NCBI GenBank assembly: GCA_951804945.1
Contig: OX638149.1
Span: forward strand, 82,522,001-82,586,000
Direction of reading: 5' to 3'
DNA length: 64,000 nucleotides
Source: Podarcis cretensis
Lineage: Eukaryota
Part shown: positions 26,501-37,569 of the stretch, one piece after another
Layout of the letters: the number at the start of each line of letters is the position of its first letter
Position numbering within the stretch: the first letter of the stretch is position 1
The notes under the pieces: generated by a model
Seen by the model: only the letters and a program-made list of their open reading frames with translations
Told to the model about the DNA's origin: nothing
The model's database searches: none
Translations under genes and position numbers: made by a program

Positions 26501-27388
26501 ATCCCAGAACACATTCTGTGTCCCTCTATAACTGAGAGAGAGAAAATTCCTTTTGACAGATCTGTCTACTTCTCCACTGTCACCAGGAGGTCTTAAAATG
26601 AGAATAGTAAAGGCGTGGACATGCTTTCAGTAGTCACTAGAGGGCAGAAGAAAATGTGGCAGGCACACGGTGCTGTAAACTCTACATCAAGATTATAATG
26701 TCAATATGGTATTACTATTCTTGCCTACATAATGATTTTATTATACATGATACATGAGTATGCCCACATGACAAAGGGTAAAACAATAAGCTGTCACAAC
26801 TTTCATCACTTTGCTTGCCCTCTGGGAAGATGTGTGGCAACATGTAGATTCCCCAGTACACCACTGCTGAGTTATCCATAACTCAGAAGAAACCAAGGAA
26901 CAACTGATAAGAAGCAATCACACAATATTGGTTTTACATTATAACACCTGACAACCTAACATCCTTGGTTCATTCCAGGACTGCAATACCTCAAGGACTG
27001 CCTCTTTCCATTTGAACGTACTTGGACCCTGAGATCATCTTCTGATGCCCTTCTTCATGTGACTCCTCCTTGAGAGGTCCAGAGGGTAGCAACATGAGAA
27101 CGGGACTTCTCTGCAGTGGCTCTCTGTCTGTGGAATGCTCTCCCCAGGGACGTTTACCTAGCACCTTCATTATACACCTTTAGGCGCCAGACAAAAACGT
27201 TCCTTTTTAACTAGGCCTTTGGTTGATCTGATTTACATCCTATGTGCTTTTAAAATGGGTTTTTTTGGGGGGGGCTATTGGGTTGTTGTTTTTATTTCTA
27301 TTATGTATTTTGTGGTTTTATATCTTGATTTTATTCTGTGAACTGCCCTGAGAACTCTGGGTATAGGGCGGTAGATAAACTCTAATAA

Positions 27389-27430
<42 letters not shown>

Positions 27431-28135
27431 TCCATGGGATGCCATTGTAGGGCTGTAATTGTGGCAAAAGTTTTCCATACTAAGTATTAACAGAAATGGT
27501 AAGAAGGTATGAAATACACTTTACCATGGTTTTATCAAGATAATTCAACACAGTGTGTTGCATTAAATTCTGCATTAACTTACCTTTCTAATGATGTGAA
27601 TTATGGCATTAGTCTAAAAAAGACTAATGTTATGAGTCAACACTTGGGAAATCCCACCAATTGATACCTTTACTGTATTCTTTTCAGTGCCTACTGACGA
27701 CATTCTGAGCTTTAACATCAGACGTTTAGAAAGTTTGTATGAGTTTTAAATTGTTTTGTTGTGGTTACAACTTTATGCTTTAAACAATGGTTATAAATGA
27801 TTAGTGATGATTTTATTGCTTTATCTTTTTTGAAAACCGCTTTGAGGATTTTTCTACAAACAAGCAGCATATACATTTTATGAAATGATTTTTTAAAAAT
27901 GCAGCGTTTTGAATGACACTTTTTATAGGGGAGCAGGATGCCACCAATAACTGGAAAAAAAAGAGAAGCAAAACAGAACAAAAAACTGCTCATTAGTAGA
28001 GTCATGGAAGCTTTCTGCTCAGGTGTATGTTTTCACTTACCAAGTGGTATGAAGGAGAAAGAGAAAGATGGCTGGCAAAACAAGGTCATCACTGCCTACA
28101 GACCAGCGACGACGGAATACCACAATCCCTGGCAT
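2131..28135 (-). CDS. DAGLA: Diacylglycerol lipase alpha, whole spliced CDS span (19 coding exons, 3093 nt, 1030 aa)
   Basis: Exon translations match mammalian DAGLA from [21 protein letters not shown] to the C-terminal tail. All exon phases join in frame. Four N-terminal TM segments, the GHSLG lipase motif and PPRLF are present. Confidence 0.98.
3270..3448 (-). CDS. DAGLA: DAGLA exon 19 ([17 protein letters not shown]...NSST)
   Basis: 179 nt, cacag|...AA|gtaagg. Confidence 0.96.
3779..3908 (-). CDS. DAGLA: DAGLA exon 18 with catalytic His (LHEHLP, codon 3812-3814)
   Basis: 130 nt, cccag|...AAG|gtaata. Confidence 0.96.
4916..5112 (-). CDS. DAGLA: DAGLA exon 17 ([10 protein letters not shown]...HNHPAEQC)
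   Basis: 197 nt, gacag|...TG|gtgggt. Confidence 0.97.
5603..5823. mobile_element. Tc1/mariner (Tigger-like) MITE
   Basis: 14-bp perfect TIR CAGTTGTACCTTGG, TA target-site duplication on both sides. Confidence 0.88.
6805..6877 (-). CDS. DAGLA: DAGLA exon 16 ([24 protein letters not shown])
   Basis: 73 nt, ctcag|...AAG|gtaag. Confidence 0.97.
8272..8340 (-). CDS. DAGLA: DAGLA exon 15 with catalytic Asp (GKDLVPR, codon 8283-8285); GC donor
   Basis: 69 nt, ctag|T GAG...CCC AG|gcaagt. Confidence 0.96.
9145..9287 (-). CDS. DAGLA: DAGLA exon 14 with catalytic Ser (GHSLG, Ser codon 9243-9245); GC donor
   Basis: 143 nt, gtag|GGC...TTA AG|gcaagt. Confidence 0.96.
10479..10559 (-). CDS. DAGLA: DAGLA exon 13 ([27 protein letters not shown])
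   Basis: 81 nt, ttag|...TTG|gtgagg. Confidence 0.97.
11740..11817 (-). CDS. DAGLA: DAGLA exon 12 ([26 protein letters not shown])
   Basis: 78 nt, ccag|...AAG|gtagtc. Confidence 0.97.
11973..12056 (-). CDS. DAGLA: DAGLA exon 11 ([28 protein letters not shown])
   Basis: 84 nt, ttag|...AAG|gtaatg; IRGT lipase-3 motif. Confidence 0.97.
12343..12499 (-). CDS. DAGLA: DAGLA exon 10 ([14 protein letters not shown]...SCHDA), cysteine-rich segment
   Basis: 157 nt, taaag|...GCG|gtaagg. Confidence 0.95.
13046..13132 (-). mobile_element. CR1 LINE 3' end fragment
   Basis: cataggatcacagaattgtagagttggaaggga...ctaacccc. Confidence 0.7.
13348..13472 (-). CDS. DAGLA: DAGLA exon 9 ([23 protein letters not shown]...RSC)
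   Basis: 125 nt, ccag|...TC|gtaagt. Confidence 0.97.
14318..14493. mobile_element. hAT-type MITE
   Basis: TIR CAGTGCTTTTTT/AAAAAAGCACTG with perfect 8-bp TSD GGCCTCTC (14310-14317, 14494-14501). Confidence 0.9.
14577..14748 (-). mobile_element. CR1 LINE 3' end
   Basis: (CATAGAAT)n, i.e. the ATTCTATG tail, followed by gagttggaagagacc...ccaacccc. Confidence 0.85.
14807..14884 (-). CDS. DAGLA: DAGLA exon 8 ([26 protein letters not shown])
   Basis: 78 nt, tacag|...TCA|gtaagt. Confidence 0.97.
15532..15666 (-). CDS. DAGLA: DAGLA exon 7 ([14 protein letters not shown]...AVLDE)
   Basis: 135 nt, ttcag|...GAA|gtgagt. Confidence 0.97.
16003..16327 (-). mobile_element. L2-type LINE 3' end, same family as 62343-62631
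   Basis: Reverse complement aligns by eye with the 62.3-kb copy (agggaaccaggcagagggc...tgtggaa..ccctc..ccagatgtcaagga). Confidence 0.8.
17940..18027 (-). CDS. DAGLA: DAGLA exon 6 ([29 protein letters not shown])
   Basis: 88 nt, gaag|...TCA|gtaagt. Confidence 0.96.
18090..18800 (-). mobile_element. Decayed DIRS-like retrotransposon ORF1 (LAP2alpha-like domain) remnant
   Basis: Frameshifted peptides [17 protein letters not shown] / VDPPMAAL...[19 protein letters not shown]...RAS...FAR / [14 protein letters not shown] / [15 protein letters not shown] resemble vertebrate DIRS ORF1. Confidence 0.6.
18853..19224. mobile_element. Young CpG-rich Tc1/mariner MITE with internal ~24-bp tandem repeats
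   Basis: TIR CAGTGGTGCC.CGCAAGACGAA, TA TSD, internal (CCGCTAAGCCGCTTATCAGCTGAT)-like x3. Confidence 0.9.
19553..19799. mobile_element. hAT-like MITE with TAGGGTTGCCA-type ends and nested inverted repeat
   Basis: TAGGGTTGCCATA at left, TATGGCCACCCTG at right, inner gggttgccatacgtc..cccagaca / tgtctggg..gatgtatggccaccc. Confidence 0.65.
20549..20589. repeat. (ATT)n microsatellite
   Basis: Direct read. Confidence 0.95.
20707..20948. mobile_element. Tc1/mariner (Tigger-like) MITE
   Basis: TIR CAGTGGTACCT.GGGTTA, TA TSD, internal AACCTGAAG repeats. Confidence 0.88.
21252..21390 (-). CDS. DAGLA: DAGLA exon 5 ([12 protein letters not shown]...RTYNL)
   Basis: 139 nt, ccag|...AG|gtaagt. Confidence 0.97.
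21834..21935 (-). CDS. DAGLA: DAGLA exon 4 ([21 protein letters not shown]...VTL)
   Basis: 102 nt, ttcag|...G|gtgtgt. Confidence 0.96.
25346..25557 (-). CDS. DAGLA: DAGLA exon 3 ([10 protein letters not shown]...QYVLYVRL)
   Basis: 212 nt, cag|G...G|gtaag, translation matches DAGLA TM region. Confidence 0.97.
25704..26056 (+). mobile_element. 5'-truncated non-LTR retroposon of unassigned family
   Basis: 13-bp TSD TCCATGAAGTGGT (25691-25703, 26057-26069), AATAAA followed by (ATCCA)n tail. Confidence 0.85.
26985..27430 (+). mobile_element. L2-type LINE 3' end with (AAT)n tail
   Basis: Degenerate FSAVA..LWNALP coding remnant followed by 3' UTR and AAT microsatellite. Confidence 0.75.
28041..28135 (-). 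CDS. DAGLA: DAGLA exon 2 coding part ([32 protein letters not shown]); exon starts ~28179 including 44 nt of 5' UTR
   Basis: GCCATGC start context; donor TG|gtaagt; acceptor ttctgtttcag. Confidence 0.96.
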
Positions 28136-31100
28136 GGCTAATGGGTCAGGGGAGGATCACCAGGCACAATGCTCACCTTCTGAAACAGAAGAACAAACAG
28201 CAATTAAGCAAGGTTTTTCCAGCCATCACAAAAATATGGCTGTTCACTTGTTCCAAGAACAGAATAGTTGTAATGATATCTCAGACAATTTCCCCACACA
28301 CTTCTCACATTTGTACCCTGCCACTCTGAGTGATAGGTTAGGTAGTGATCCAGTTTTAAAGTTTAATTTCAACCCAGGGCTCCCCTTTCCAGTTGGACAT
28401 TCTATCTCCTACACCATATTGGCTATCCAAGTCTCTTTCTCAACCCATGGCCATAAGGCAAGCCAAATTCATTTTTGTGGACTGCCATGGTATCTGATTA
28501 ATGTGGCAGTCCAGATTTTTTTTTAGATTCAAACTGGGCCCTCCAAAAGCTGAAAGCAGCCTCTAGGTGCATGACCCAGTGCTGCTGACATAGGTATATC
28601 TGGTATGGCTGTCCTCAGTACCCACTGAAGAGGCCGTGGTGAGTGACCACATGTATGCCACCCACAGGAGGATTTTGTGCAGGATTCTTCATTCCTTTAA
28701 AAATTACATTATTATATGAAAGGAGGGGTGCCTAGCCACATAGTCACATGTGCATTCATGCTGCCTTTAGTAAAGGAGAGGGAGGCTAAACATTCACAAT
28801 GTTGTACAATAAATGAAATGGGTTAGGTAAAAATCACTTGCAACCTAGTCTTGTTACTTTCATCACTCCAGGACTAGAAAACGGGCTAATTTAGCAATCT
28901 TTAGAAGCCAGAGAGTCTCCCCTTCCCAACCCCCTTATAAATGTTCATATAACTACTAAAAGCTAAAGACTTGCTCTTTTCAAAATGGAGGTTAGGTAGA
29001 TTCTGCAGTAATTGTCAGGATGACTTCCTTATTCATGCTTTGATGGTTTGATTGTTTGATCATGCCCAGCAAAAATAATATTGTGCCACTTCCTTGCACA
29101 TGATGCCACAATAAATGTGTTACTTTTAAAGATGCTCATGGGCTTGTTGTCATTATTCTGATAAAAGGCTATTCTTCTGGAATTTATCCCTAAGGGCATG
29201 CAGATTCCTAAACTTTCTTGATACTGCTATTCAGAGCTACAGATGATGCAACACCTGAATGTTTAAAAGAGGCATTAGGAGGATCAAAAGAAACACAGCT
29301 ATAGATGAAGGGAGGTGAGCATTAGCTGAAAGTGGAGTAAAGCCCATGCTCACTGGATTCCAATTCACAAGATTAGTGGGAATCTTATTACAGAGCTCTG
29401 TATTGGTTACTGATCTTTTCTAGATGCCCGTGGAAGCTCTAACAGGTAGATAAGCAACTTTATTCCATATTACACGTAGGATAAAAGCACGGGAATTTGG
29501 GGCTTGGGGACATAATATAAAGCCGGTCCTATGAACTATCATAAGGTATTCAGACTCTAAATTGCATTTGCACATGCAAAGAAGTACGGATGCTAGGTTG
29601 GCATTCCCAAACTGTTTCCCTGGCAAGAATGCTCGGACCAGTCTGCTAACCTACTTTTAAAAAATTCTGGAATTCATATCCACATTGGCACCTATTAATT
29701 TGTTCATTTTGGTCCAGTAAGTCCTCTGGAGAGTCAGCTGCTACAACATGGTGCTTGTGACCCAAATTCCAGCCTGTAACACAGCCTGTCAAAACCCATG
29801 AAGTGGAGCTTCCTGAATGGGTGGGTGGCAATTTTTCTACAGAATGATTCTTCTGAAGAAAGAGATCCACTCAATCAGGAAGCTGAAGTTTGTCGTATAT
29901 GACAAACATTCAAGTTTTTCCAGTTTTGACAGTGAAGTCTAAGCATACAAATGTATGTATCCCTGCATGAAAGTCAGCTCCACTGAATGAGGTAGGACTC
30001 ACTTCAGAGTAAATATGTATGGTACTTGTCAAATGTTAACCTTTTCAAGGTGTGATAAATAAGGTGCACAGACATCTCTGTCATATCTTCACAGGATTGT
30101 GCATGGAAATGGATGTTGAATCACAACCAAAAAACCCACAGGACAACAGGAAGGCTTTTGATATTGGTTCTCCAAGACCAGCGTATACAGTATGCCCATG
30201 ATGTTATTAAAGCAGAAATTCCTACCCATATGTCTGCAAGGTGTTAGTCAGGTTATGGGATTTGCAACAGGAAGGTTAGCCACATCAGTTAGAAAGTGTA
30301 TCAGTTTTAGCATTATGAACCAAAGCATGATGCACATAATCTAAAATCTTGCTATCAGCTATTTTTATGACTGCAATTAGACACTGAGACTTTTGAATCC
30401 ATTGGCTTGGATACTAAGCCTTCTACAAGTGGAAGAGCTCCTTCTGTTTATAGAAGACTTTCGATTCAGCAGAAGATTCCACTAATGAATAGCAGGGGAG
30501 GAGATCTTCACAGATTCATGTCATACTTTTGTGGCCGTAATAACAGACTTCTCCTAGAATAGAAATGGGAATGCATTCACAGCTGGAGGGAATCCTGCAA
30601 GTAATATTTTGCCTGCAAGCACCTTGGGCTGGATATTCAAAGAGCTTCTGAGTTATATCATTCATTTTGCCACTGGCATCAGTCATCTCAGATACCAGTG
30701 TCACACTGGGATACTAGACAAAATTCAAGAGCGTTCCTAGTCTAAATCTGAATATCAGACTGTAAGGTCCATAATTTATCCACCCAGAAACAGTAATTAT
30801 GCTAACTCATTTGGCCATAAGGAGTGATTCATTTTTCTGTGGACAGCAGCTGTACAATAATTCTCTTCACCCAGCACTCTGCTCACCCAAGCAACTGTTC
30901 AAAAACTTCCTCTAGCCTGAACATCACATAAACAGAATTTTTTTATACTTCACCCCCAGCTCCCCACAGCTTATGAAGAGATCTCCCTATACCCCTTTGT
31001 GAAACACTAGAACTGATACAACAGATTGCTCTGTGAGTCGCCCAAACCCAGCTTGCATAGCAGCTCCATTCAAATTCAATGTCTAAAGAGCCTATTCTCA

Positions 31101-32101
31101 TGCCCTTGCAGCAAGTGGCAGCTGTGGTTTTCAGTCAGCCCTTGCTTGCTTCCAGGCACAGCTGCCACAGGCATACATGCCGAAGGCACGTGCTGAAGCC
31201 AGCCCAGATCATCCTTTGGCAAGACCCCCTGAATATTTCTGGATATTTAATGGCCAGATGCTTCTCTAGTGCTTCCTTTTCTCAGAAGCTTGTTAATGGC
31301 AACATTGCAGTCGGGGCCTATGCATATAGTCTTTCCTACTCACAAACTCTGGTGATGAATTTCAAATTAATCCCTACAATATACCGTAATTCTCAACTCC
31401 ATAAGTCAAAGCATACAGCACTTGTCTATATGGCCTTTCCCCGTAGAATGTGTCCTTGAAAAACTGGTGATTTTTGTAGTGCTTCATGGGTGGAGTCACT
31501 ACCCTGTTCTAAACATCCAGGTTGGTTGTACTGGTATTGAGTTTCTTTTTGAAAATGAACATCACTTGTCCACAATGTCCTCTTCAATGTCTGAACAGGT
31601 TCCAAGAGACTATCAGGCCTAGGAGAGGTTTTGCTGCTTGAAGCATAGTTGAGGTATCTTGAAGGGTCTGCCTACTAAATCTAGCAGTAGGAACTCAAGC
31701 GTTCCACATAAACCAGAGAGCCTTTCTCAGCTGAAAAATTTGCAACAGATTTGACAGCTGAAAGTGGCTCCATTTCTATTCAGGAATAAATAGCTTAGCT
31801 TCCTGATTCACACCAGTAGTACTTCCTCTGTTCTTCGCAGAACCATTTGGCAAGAGTAGGTACAAGGAGGGGGGATATCTTCCTGATGTCCACAGCATCT
31901 TAGTTCTCCTCAGTCCTGCCTGGCTACATCTCAATTTATAATCCATCCTGATGACTTCACCAAGCACTAATAATATAGTTTAAGAAGGACCTGAACATGA
32001 TCTATAATAAGTCTCAATCAGGCCTAACATTTTTGATAATTTTGAGCTACTCCATTTCCTTATCCTCCGGTATCTTGATTCTGTTGCTGTCCCAGGAGTA
32101 T

Positions 32102-32104
<3 letters not shown>

Positions 32105-32137
<33 letters not shown>
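32105..32137. repeat. (GA)n microsatellite
   Basis: Direct read. Confidence 0.95.
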
Positions 32138-32140
<3 letters not shown>

Positions 32141-35100
32141 TCATTGCTGCTGTCAATGCACCTCAGACTTGATCTTATTTAATTGTTCTCTTAAGCAATT
32201 AACAAAATGGACAACACCTAAATAATCTCATTTCTACTATATGCATCACAGTCAGGATTTGCTTCTCATAGCACACTTGTAGTAAGCACCAATATATATG
32301 GGTATATACTTTCTACGTCTAGCTACAATTATCATATGATGTTGTTGTTTTACACAAGGTTCACATTCAAATGATCTAAGCAGAACTTCCAAGATTCAAA
32401 CCATAGGAACTTTGGTGAAGTGGTTTCAGAGAATTCTCAAAAATGTTGTTGGAAAGTATGCCTGACACCCTCTAGGTTAATTAAGTGTCATTTTGTTTCT
32501 TAAATCTGAGGGCCCTCCCAGAGAAAATATTGTACCTTGAGCTGAACATCCAAGCACAGCTACCCCTGCCACCAAACAGTATCCTTTGAAATGAAAGGAA
32601 GAATCTTCTTTCAGCTTAAAACAAGAGGATAAATGAGATGAACATGCAAATGTACATCTGAGTGTAGATGCAGTCTATCTGTACTGCACTGTTGGAATAT
32701 ATATTCTCCATAAGGATGTACAATTAGATACACATCCAAGTATCTGAGAGTGGCTCTCCTTCATTGGATTGGGCAAGGAAGTATAGATGACAGAGAAGAA
32801 TTCTAGAGAGAAGGGAAAAAGAAGGAAGCTATCTTCTTTGTCTTGCCCCTCTTCTGTCCCCTCTGAGAAAATATGTATGTCCTCCCATTTTTATGAATTT
32901 AATTGTAAAGGGCAGATCTGCATTCACTGAGCAGCAGGGGCTGATTTCTTAAGATTCATTCACCTAACCCATCAAGTTGCTGACATTATGAAGAATTGGT
33001 ACCTATGACATTATGAAGAACTGGTACCATTATGAAGAATTGGTACCAAGTTGCTCTAGTGAAAATCCCTGGTGATATCTTTCATTCTTCCCACCAACAA
33101 AATTGGCAAGCATTAGTAGCCTTCCCTTCTCTCACATTTTCCTGAGGATCACTGTTCGCTTCCAACACTCCTTGTATATCTTTGTAAAATATTACTCCCT
33201 CTAGAACAATTAGCTGGACTCTACCTCCTGTATTATATTTTGCAATCATGAAACTTTTCCAGCAATGAAATCTCACAGAAAATATGAACAAAGAATGATT
33301 CATGTTTAAAACCAAGTAACTTTGAATAGGCTACCTTTTTTTACCTTAGCAAGCCTACTATTTATATGACAGCCACCTGAACCTGTTTTTCTCCAAACTA
33401 TTGAAGGTAGTGTGGAAGTCAAGAGTAAGAACAGTAGCAACTGAGAATGAAAAAGCATATGGTACATAGGCAGCATAAGAGCTAAATGAAAAAAGTATGT
33501 TATCCTGAAAGTTAAGAGGCAGATCATTCATGTTTTTTATTTGAGCAGTTAAAAAATCGGGAATTGATAGATGCACTCAAAATTCACTGGACCTGCAATT
33601 ATGAGTCCTGGAAGTAAGCAAAAAGAAGGCAGCACATAGAAGGTATCATATCATGTTACTCTAGATTAATTAAGTAGCCTGGAATCAATACAACTCTTGT
33701 ACTCATGATCACTAACTCACATTAGAATCCCAATTCTTCCATATGCATGCATTAAAAGGATGGGAAATAATATGTTACCACACTTTATCTTCCCCTATTG
33801 TGTAGAATAGTGCAATCAAATTGTATAAATTAACTAATTTGCTGTGATGATGAGTACATGTCCTGACTACTTAAAACAGTAAAGGATTACCAAGTGTTTG
33901 AAAAGGACTTTACACCTGGATTAGAGCGTGTATTTATGAAGTCATGGGAAGGCATTTATTTGCACAGAAATGCATTTAAAATGTCTCAAGTGCACTGTTA
34001 AACAAGCTGGGTTCCCAGGCTCAAATAGAAACAGGAGTGTGTGTGAATAAAATATGCTTACATAGCATGTAGTCCAGTAGAAGCACATTCTTCTGTCCCA
34101 AGAAGCTTTCTTGGGATAGTCCGTGTCCATGGACGGAGTCTTCATGAGTGAAGGAGGAATCAGCATACTCGCCCTGGCACCACTGAAAATCCCAAGCAGG
34201 AGGGAAAAAACAGCTTGGTGACTGTCTGCCAACAAAGCCAGTCATCCGCATCACCAGCAGCAACAGCAGCAGCATCAACACTACCTCCATCACAGCAGGT
34301 CCCTCCCTCCAAGACACAACCTTCATTTATTCAACTGAAGCTGCTTCAAGCAAAGCATGTGTGAATCAGGACTCCCCCCACCTCTTTCTACATTTTGATC
34401 TCACTTTAGAAGGAAGTGACCTCATTTCCTGCTCTCAGGAGACTTATGAATTATGGGAGGAAGGACTGAGAATGAGAGCACACAATGCTGTCACTCATGA
34501 GAGAAACACCAAGGGACAGAGAATGCTCTCAGATAGCAAGTGCAGCAGCAGAGAAGCAGCACCTCTTTCACTAGACAAATCAGAGCAACTGAGTGCACTG
34601 TAATGACTTTGGAACATTCTAAATCCTTCCTAAATATCAGAAATCCTCTTTCCCTACAACAGATTACATCAGAGACAGAATTGTAGGAGCAAAAGGCTGA
34701 AAAGGCTTTGGACCTTTGGCTGCTTCTTTAATATTCTGTAAACAAGAGGCACACAGGAGGGGCCATCTTCTTTATCAAAGAGTGAAAGGTCTCCTCTCTC
34801 ACATGCTGCTGTAGCTGTGGAGGGCTCCACTACATGCTATGTTAAGCATAATATTGAAATGTACAACTAGGGCTGCCACTTTCCTTTCCTAACCTAAAGT
34901 AGCTGTCAGCAGCCCAATCTGTATCAGGACTATAGTTGGGAGGAAGAGAACCCCATCTCTCCCACACAGTCATGTTCTCTAGCCTCAATTCCTTCTCTGA
35001 CTCAAAGGAAGAATCAGAAGGAGGGGAGGCATCACCTAGGGAGGCATCATCCCCCATTCCAGGATTCACCCAACTCCTCATACTCAGAAGGCAACCCCGG

Positions 35101-37569
35101 ACTTAAATGCAGTCTCCACTACTCCTGTGCCGTAAGACAGCTGCAGAGTCAGGCAATGGCCATTTAAGAAACAGACAGTTCCTTGGAGCAGGTGGGATTA
35201 ATAGCAGATCCTAAGCAGTCAGCCTTCATAAGGTCGCTGCATGCTGCTGAGAACAACCATTCTCCCTGAGTGATTTCCAGCAAACCCTCGCCATGGTCTC
35301 CTGGCCTTCCCTAATCCTTCCAGTAAGTGCCACTGCCTTCCCTGGCAGCCTTCAGCCAAGCTAGGACAGGACAAATGCTGCCGTCCTAATACGCTAAGAC
35401 TAAGACACACACACCATGGCTGCTTTTTGATAGGAAAGAAAACTGAGGAGTCCTAATCACATTTTTAAATACTGCAGTGTGCTTAACGTAACATATAGTT
35501 TGGCTCTAATTCTTTATGACATGAGGATGTAGCATGGAGTGGGGAAGGAGCACTGCAGAATATACATCTGGAGGGTTAAGGCTTAGTGTAAAGAACAAGA
35601 ACGAGGCCACAAGATTTCAGATAAAGTCACAAGATTTCAGATAAAACTAGGGAGATTTAGTTAAATCCACAATGCTACTAGATCTGGCATTCACTGCAGA
35701 AGCACAATACATACAGAAGCTGAGCACAGCAGGAAGATACGGAAATTGGCTTATGCATATCCCATTAGATATAAGAGACACCATATGCAGCCCTTAGGTT
35801 AGCACACCAGCCCAAAGCTATTCATTCCTAAGGAAGGGAGATACAGTGCTACACTGTCAGTTCAAAGCAGCCAACAGCACCTCATGAAGGGAAGGAACAG
35901 CAGAAGTGCCCTTGCTAGGACAAGGATGGAGCAAAGAGAGGCTGCAGCAAGATGGGTGAGCTGTGGGTTTGTGGTGACAGCATCTAGCAGGTGTGTGCTC
36001 ACCTGTGGCATAGAACTGCTATCAATTCAGAGGTCCACTGACCTTGCTGTCACCTTGCCCCATCACAATCCCAACACACACAGTGCAGCTGCAACTCCTA
36101 TTCCCAAGTTTTCATTTGGGTTTCCAGATGTCCTAGAATTAGTGCACTATTTCGTGTAGCTCAATGTTGTGAGTTCTTTTCTCCATTAGAATGGTCTCAG
36201 GTTGAGTTCTCAGCATCTCAAATCAAAAGAGCTCAAGTTGTATGAAGACGTCTGCCTAACACCCTGGAGAAACCAATACCAGAAATGATGAACCAGTGGT
36301 CTGACTCAGTTGTGTAGTGGGAGGGGCAGGAGGCCCCAGCACAGAATCTGAGTGGGGTACAAAGCAGGAGCCTCCCCCCCCCATGTGCCTGGCATGCGAG
36401 CCCCCTGGGCGAGCACAGAGGGTTTCTTTGCCGGCCAGCAGATGGATGGGCCCCGTGCGCTGGGCAGGGTGCAGAGGGTGAAGAGCACACTCCATGCCCC
36501 GCCAGGCACTCGAGCCTCCATCCGTCAGCTGGTGGGCAGGCACTCACACACTTGATGGGGACAGAGCATGGAGGGTGCTCTCCACCCTCTGTGCCCCCAC
36601 CCTGCACAAAAGCGCCTGCTTGCCCGATGATGAGCTGGCCCTGGCAGAAGCAGGGCCCAGAGGGTAAAGTGCACCCCCACCGCCCTGCTCCCACCCGGCA
36701 TGTAAGTGCCCACCCGTTAGTGGCAGGGGCTGGGGGAGCACAGAGGAAGTCCTCCACACTCGCCCCGTCCCCACCACTGAAGTGCAGCCATTCAAGCGCC
36801 ATGGGGTGATGGGGCATGGAACCCTCCATGCCCTGCTCCCAGTCAGCCAGAAGCGGCATCAGTGATGGGGTAGCATGCCCACGGAATGGAAGATGGCAGG
36901 ATCCTGAAGGATGTGCTCTACGAGCAGCTGGTTTCAGGCGCCAGACCTGTTGGCAGACCAACTCTGCATTACAAATGTGATCTGAAGGCTGGCAACATCA
37001 ACTCTGCATTGTGGAAATCATTGCAGACAATCATAATGGTGCACCTATATTTTCATTATTGATTCGCAATGACAAAAACAATAGCAAACATCCATTCCCA
37101 AACCATACGTTCGGTTTTAAAATTACCAAAAAATGTGAATATAAAACTCATAAAATGACATGTCCACCTTGCAATTTGTCTGCCATGAGCAGCAGTTGAG
37201 TGAGAGATGTAGAGTACACATGTATATGTATGTGTGAAAGATAACATGGACATTATGTGAGGGGGAGTTTGTTGAATAGGTGCATGTGGAAGGAAGATCA
37301 GGTGGTATTTGTGTATCCATGAGAGGAGAAAGAATATTGTGGCAGCAAGATGTGAGAATGTGTGAAATACAGCTTATGGTGTGGGTGGATGAGCATACAT
37401 TGAGGGGAGAGGAGGGAAAAGTATATAAATGACACCTTTGTACAATATAATCTAACTCCCTTGAGTTGGTGGGCTCTCCTCCTTCAGTCAAGAACCTAGA
37501 GATTCTGAAGAAAGAAGCAGTCAGAGCCAGAAATATGCTAAACCTTCAACTCAATCACCATCTTCAAAA

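Noticed and set aside
33942-34326. ORFs as an alternative coding N-terminus of DAGLA
   Set aside because: The 44-nt 5' UTR part of exon 2 has an in-frame TGA before the ATG, and donor phases do not fit exon 3
34840-35408. Possible second solo LTR
   Set aside because: TG/CA-like ends can be found but no TSD or clear TATA/poly(A) arrangement, so it is not supportable
36300-36900. CpG-island promoter or exon 1 of DAGLA
   Set aside because: About 20 CpGs in ~600 GC-rich bp is well below island level; exon 1 probably lies beyond the window
36233-36961. 242-aa minus-strand ORF
   Set aside because: By-product of a GC-rich repetitive tract; Cys/Pro/Gly-rich with no recognisable domain or splice context
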